The notes under the pieces: model-generated
Told to the model about the DNA's origin: nothing
Database searches by the model: none
The model's input: the letters and a program-made list of their open reading frames with translations, nothing else
Position numbers and translations under genes: made by a program
NCBI GenBank assembly: GCA_030295235.1
Contig: AP026134.1
Span: 1 to 64,000, forward strand
Reading direction: 5' to 3'
Length of the DNA: 64,000 nt
Origin: Fistulifera solaris
Taxonomy: Eukaryota
Shown here: in pieces, positions 60,311 through 64,000 of the stretch
How the letters are laid out: each line of letters starts with the position of its first letter
Position numbering within the stretch: position 1 is the first letter of the stretch

Positions 60311-61817
60311 GAGCAGAGACTAACTTCAGACCGTCCGTCCATTCATCGTCGAAAATTCAAAAAATTCAGAGACTAACCTCTTTCGTACGTCGAAAGGCCG
60401 TCCGACTTTCGTCCAGATCATGGTTTTCGGTACAAAATCATTCAAATCTCGACGAAAATTGTTCAAATGGACGATGGATCGTACACCCAAGGACTACCTA
60501 ATTTTCTGTACTTAAAACCGGTTTGCCCTCCAATTTTCTTTCTTTGAAAATAAACATCGCAACAATCCGATGCCAATCTCATCCTTTCAAACTCGATTTC
60601 GCTTAAGCAACAGATGCCTTGGCTCTCTGGTTACCTCATACATTTGTCGTCTCTTTTGCCGTAGTGAATTTGGAGTACCATTCCCTCCGTTTCGTTGATA
60701 TGCAGTGTAAATGAGTGAAGGGGTGTAACCTAATTTTTTAAGGGGGGAGAGTTTTGTGACTATTTTTCATGCGGCTTGGGCCTTGGACATTATATAAAGT
60801 CTGAAGACTATCTGTCATTAGATCTTTAATTATACCCATCAAGTCGATACACTATCAACGCTCCGTAACAACGAATTTCACGCTTTCCGCTTTTGGGGAA
60901 GTCTTAAATTGTCTCAACTCGTGGATGATATTCAATTGAACGAAGCGATTTTTACATCAATCACGTTGGAAATAAGTGCTAGATATATTTTAGATGTCTA
61001 TTGCCTTTACTTTAGAACATTTTGCTATTTTCAAGAGTAATCCACGTCGCCACGGTCTTTTGTTTGTTTATCTTTTTCTTTTCCTGCGATTGGAGATGTC
61101 AATTATAGTGGGAGTCTTCCTCCATAAGGAGTGATGAGCTTTGATTTGTGGTGCACAGAAAGAAACAAGGAGGTACCTACCTAGCATTGCTCCATCTAAA
61201 ACCACTGGTGTGGCTCGAAAACCCAATTCATTCTCGTCCTCGTCTTCTCCTTCGCCGTCACCAAAGTCTTCTCTTTCCTCTTCGTCGTCCTCGCCATCCT
61301 CGTCTTCTCCTTCTCCCTCACCGAAGTCTTCTCCTTCCTCTTCGTCATCCTCGCCGTTCTCACCAGCGCCCTCTTCATCCTCCTCGTCCCCTAACCCTTC
61401 GGCGTTGTATGTCATGCAATTCGACCAGACTAACCGAATGTCCGATGCTACTTGCGCGCCCGTTTGTGCAATTCCAAGTCCAATCGACCGGCTAGCGGAA
61501 CGGCCACGAATCAGGGCGAGCGAAGAACACGTTGACCATTTTCGTCGTTCTCGCTGAGGCTATATGCCGTCGTTCTTCATGTAAATACTGAGTTGCATTG
61601 TTGAAAATGTAAGTGTTGTGTTGCGGACGAGATTAAAAGGAAAAAGGGGAAAATTTTGGCTTGGACACGTCATAAAATCCGAACCCTTGTCGGTGAAATT
61701 TGTACGAAAACCAAGACGAAAAGTTAGACAGTGGTAATTTCAATTGGTTATGGGTACAAAAAAATTTCGACTGGTCGAATGAGTGCAATCGGACTATTCC
61801 GAGGTTAGTCTCTGCTC
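60311..61817. mobile_element. Non-autonomous PIF/Harbinger-type DNA transposon, 1507 bp
   Basis: TIR GAGCAGAGACTAAC(t/c)TC at 60311 with its reverse complement GAGGTTAGTCTCTGCTC at 61801-61817. TAA on both sides (60308-60310 and 61818-61820). An extra TIR core lies at 60367-60380. Confidence 0.85.
61393..61539 (-). pseudogene. Decayed bromodomain gene fragment inside the transposon
   Basis: MVNVFFARPDSWPFR*PVDW (ZA loop with a stop), then after a deletion/frameshift QTGAQVASDIRLVWSNCMTYNAEG (helix B with the conserved YN). Confidence 0.8.
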
Positions 61818-63530
61818 TAACAAGTAATTGGTTGCTCGCAGTAAAATAGACCTACCGGTACCAGGTATGAACGAGGTTCATTCCTTCATGATTCATGTCT
61901 ATACCGATTACATGCTAGATGCAAATGATCGCAGGAAAGTAGATTTTCACTGAAAGTCTTTAAGCGAAACAGTCAACAGCAATATACTCGACGTCAGCAC
62001 CTCTCACAGCGCATGCAAAGACCAATTATTACGGAGTAATATGCAAGATGAGGAATTAATGGATGGCCGTTTGACACAACTGAAAGGTAGCAGCAACGCA
62101 ATCCGTGGTGCGGCAACTTATTGAGATTCGAGCGTCTCTTCCTCTCTCTCGCAAGAGTCAGTCAACGTTTTTCCTTGTACGATTGCAAGCGAGGGGGCTC
62201 ACAAGTAGCAATTCTCACTATGGGACCTGTACGACCGATAGCAGCGATATAAAATGTACGGATGCGGTCGAACCAGCCGCTACTGCCACTTCAGTGTCAA
62301 AAAAATGGTGGGAATTTGGGGCGCGGCAGCAACTGCAGTGCTGCCGCGCTTGTCTGCATTCGGAAACGCTTTTCTTGAAAGAGAGAAGCGGAGTACGAGA
62401 CTCTGCACAGGGGCTCGAGTGATGCCCGGTTGTAAGTCCACCGTGTTCCCCTAAATAAGCAACATGGTCGGCGTTCCAATTCCTCTATCGACTTTCGTTT
62501 TGTGCTTCTTGTTTGCAAGCTTTTTCATGTGTGACACTAGCTACTGCATTGAAGCGGGCATTGCGGATTCCTTGCTTGCTTGCTCGCTTGCTCGCTTTTC
62601 CACGTGTAAAGCAATTTTACAGATTGTGTCGCTTTTGTGCTGTCGGTCAGCAACGAGTTGGACAAAAATCTACGTAGCTTGTAACTTTGTCAGTTTGTTT
62701 GTAAAGGTGGGGCTGCAGCAAATTAAAAAGCCGTTTCGTATAGAAAGAAAACGAATCAAAGTTGCTCGCGAAAATATTTATTATACTTCTGGCAAGCAAG
62801 TCCACCACGATTTCACCAGCAAACCTATGTAAACAGAGAGCTGTAATCTTTCTGTTAGCTTTTCTTTTATAGAGAATATTCACCGTACTTGCACTTGATC
62901 GTAGACTTGCAATTGCCTAGCCAACTCCAGATCACAATATTTTTTTTAAATTTAACTACTTCACAGAAAACGCAAACCTGGCCACCTTAGACATTTAACG
63001 CGACCGACGCCAACTAGGACAAACAACGTAATCGTATCTCTTTCATTCTCTTTCTGTTACGGGCAGAATATCCAATATCCAATTCGGCAATGGCGTCATT
63101 TCTTTTGAAAACTTGTCCTTTTGAGTATTACTTACTCTACTTGCTGTTGAGACTTCGGCTCATCCAGAGATGATGGGGAGTAAAGATGGCTTTTGTTTTA
63201 TTTTTACCCCAAGTATTGAAATATGAAGGATGGAAAGCTAGTTTTTACAGTCCTTCATCGATAAAGAATTAATCCGTATATTTAACTTAAACTGTGATTA
63301 GCTTACGTAGCACGTTCAAATTTTAAATCGGCACAAGTCAGAAGTAACAAGCAACCTCGTAACTCCTAACCGGGAACCGGTACGCCTTTTGTTTTAAGTC
63401 TTGTGACTTGTGACTCCATACAACTTTCTACCAGGTACCGGTACTTTGTACTCTTGTGACTTTTGACTTATACCGTGTGACGGTTGACGTGTGTCGTACG
63501 ACATAAGACAAACAGACAATCTAATGCATT

Positions 63531-63704
63531 TCTGATTTCTGGCGTATACTTACGCTGTGATGTGTAATTCGATAGACAGCACCACGTGCCGCTACAATCC
63601 GTCGTTTAGAGTGTCTGAATTTCTGGCGTATACATACGGTGTGTTGTGTAATTTGATAGACAGCACCACGTGCCGTTACACTCCTTCGTTTAGAGTGTCT
63701 GAAT
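63531..63704. repeat. Tandem repeat, 84-bp unit, 2 imperfect copies
   Basis: GGCGTATAC...GATAGACAGCACCACGTGCCG...TCGTTTAGAGTGTCTGAAT starts at 63541 and again at 63625. Confidence 0.9.
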
Positions 63705-64000
63705 ACAGTTTTAGAAAGGACCTGGGAGTCTTGATTAGTACTCTATTTTCGCAGGCTTCTGTTTCGTCTATTTCTGCAGGCATGCTTGCATCACTACAAA
63801 GGAATTCGGAAGCTGAACAAACCCCCATTGTACATCGGCGGCGTGAAAGTTCCCTATTCTCACAAAGCTACACACTTTGCAACGACGAAACGTACTGAAT
63901 GGAGTAGGAATGAGGAACTTTAAATCCCCAAGTTTGTGATCGCAAGCCCTGCGCTTGGTGTAAAAACTTGTACTGGAAACATACGAATCTCTATCATTTT

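Noticed and set aside
61141..61557. Ser/Pro-rich plus-strand ORFs
   Set aside because: Antisense shadows of the acidic repeat tract inside the transposon.
62041..62883. Several short ORFs after the transposon
   Set aside because: No recognisable motifs or consistent gene structure.
63531..63704. CRISPR-like repeat
   Set aside because: Two contiguous units with no unique spacers, no cas genes, and a eukaryotic context.
1..64000. Alternative genetic code or stop-codon reassignment
   Set aside because: Gene breaks are frame changes rather than in-frame stops, and TAA, TAG and TGA all terminate conserved genes.

Overview
This is eukaryotic nuclear DNA from a chromosome end. A (CCCTAA)n telomere at 1-429 is followed by a gene-dense arm with short GT-AG introns. 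Bipartite plastid presequences, an LHC-family gene and the gene families present point to a pennate diatom, possibly Fistulifera-like (inference). About 33 protein genes can be read. Recognisable ones include Rab7, COX4 and RPL19 (both need splicing by eye), TAF9, myo-inositol dehydrogenase, a USP30-like deubiquitinase, FUN14, PDI-C/ERV, two 2OG-Fe(II) oxygenases, a histidine acid phosphatase, and three members of an RNI-like family. About 20 apparent 1-nt frameshifts, mostly in homopolymer runs, probably reflect an unpolished long-read assembly. The most notable observations are: (1) a natural 'mini-G' pseudo-Galpha lacking the helical domain and GTP motifs; (2) a 1.5-kb Harbinger-type non-autonomous element (TIRs, TAA TSD) carrying a decayed bromodomain gene fragment; (3) a 244-bp highly self-complementary MITE; (4) two candidate H/ACA snoRNAs in RPL19 introns; (5) a membrane-anchored, probably luminal kinase; (6) an AT-rich gene-free island next to a non-LTR retrotransposon remnant (candidate centromere); (7) an apparently identical 1050-bp tandem duplication. 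All family assignments come from motif recognition by eye; no database search was run.
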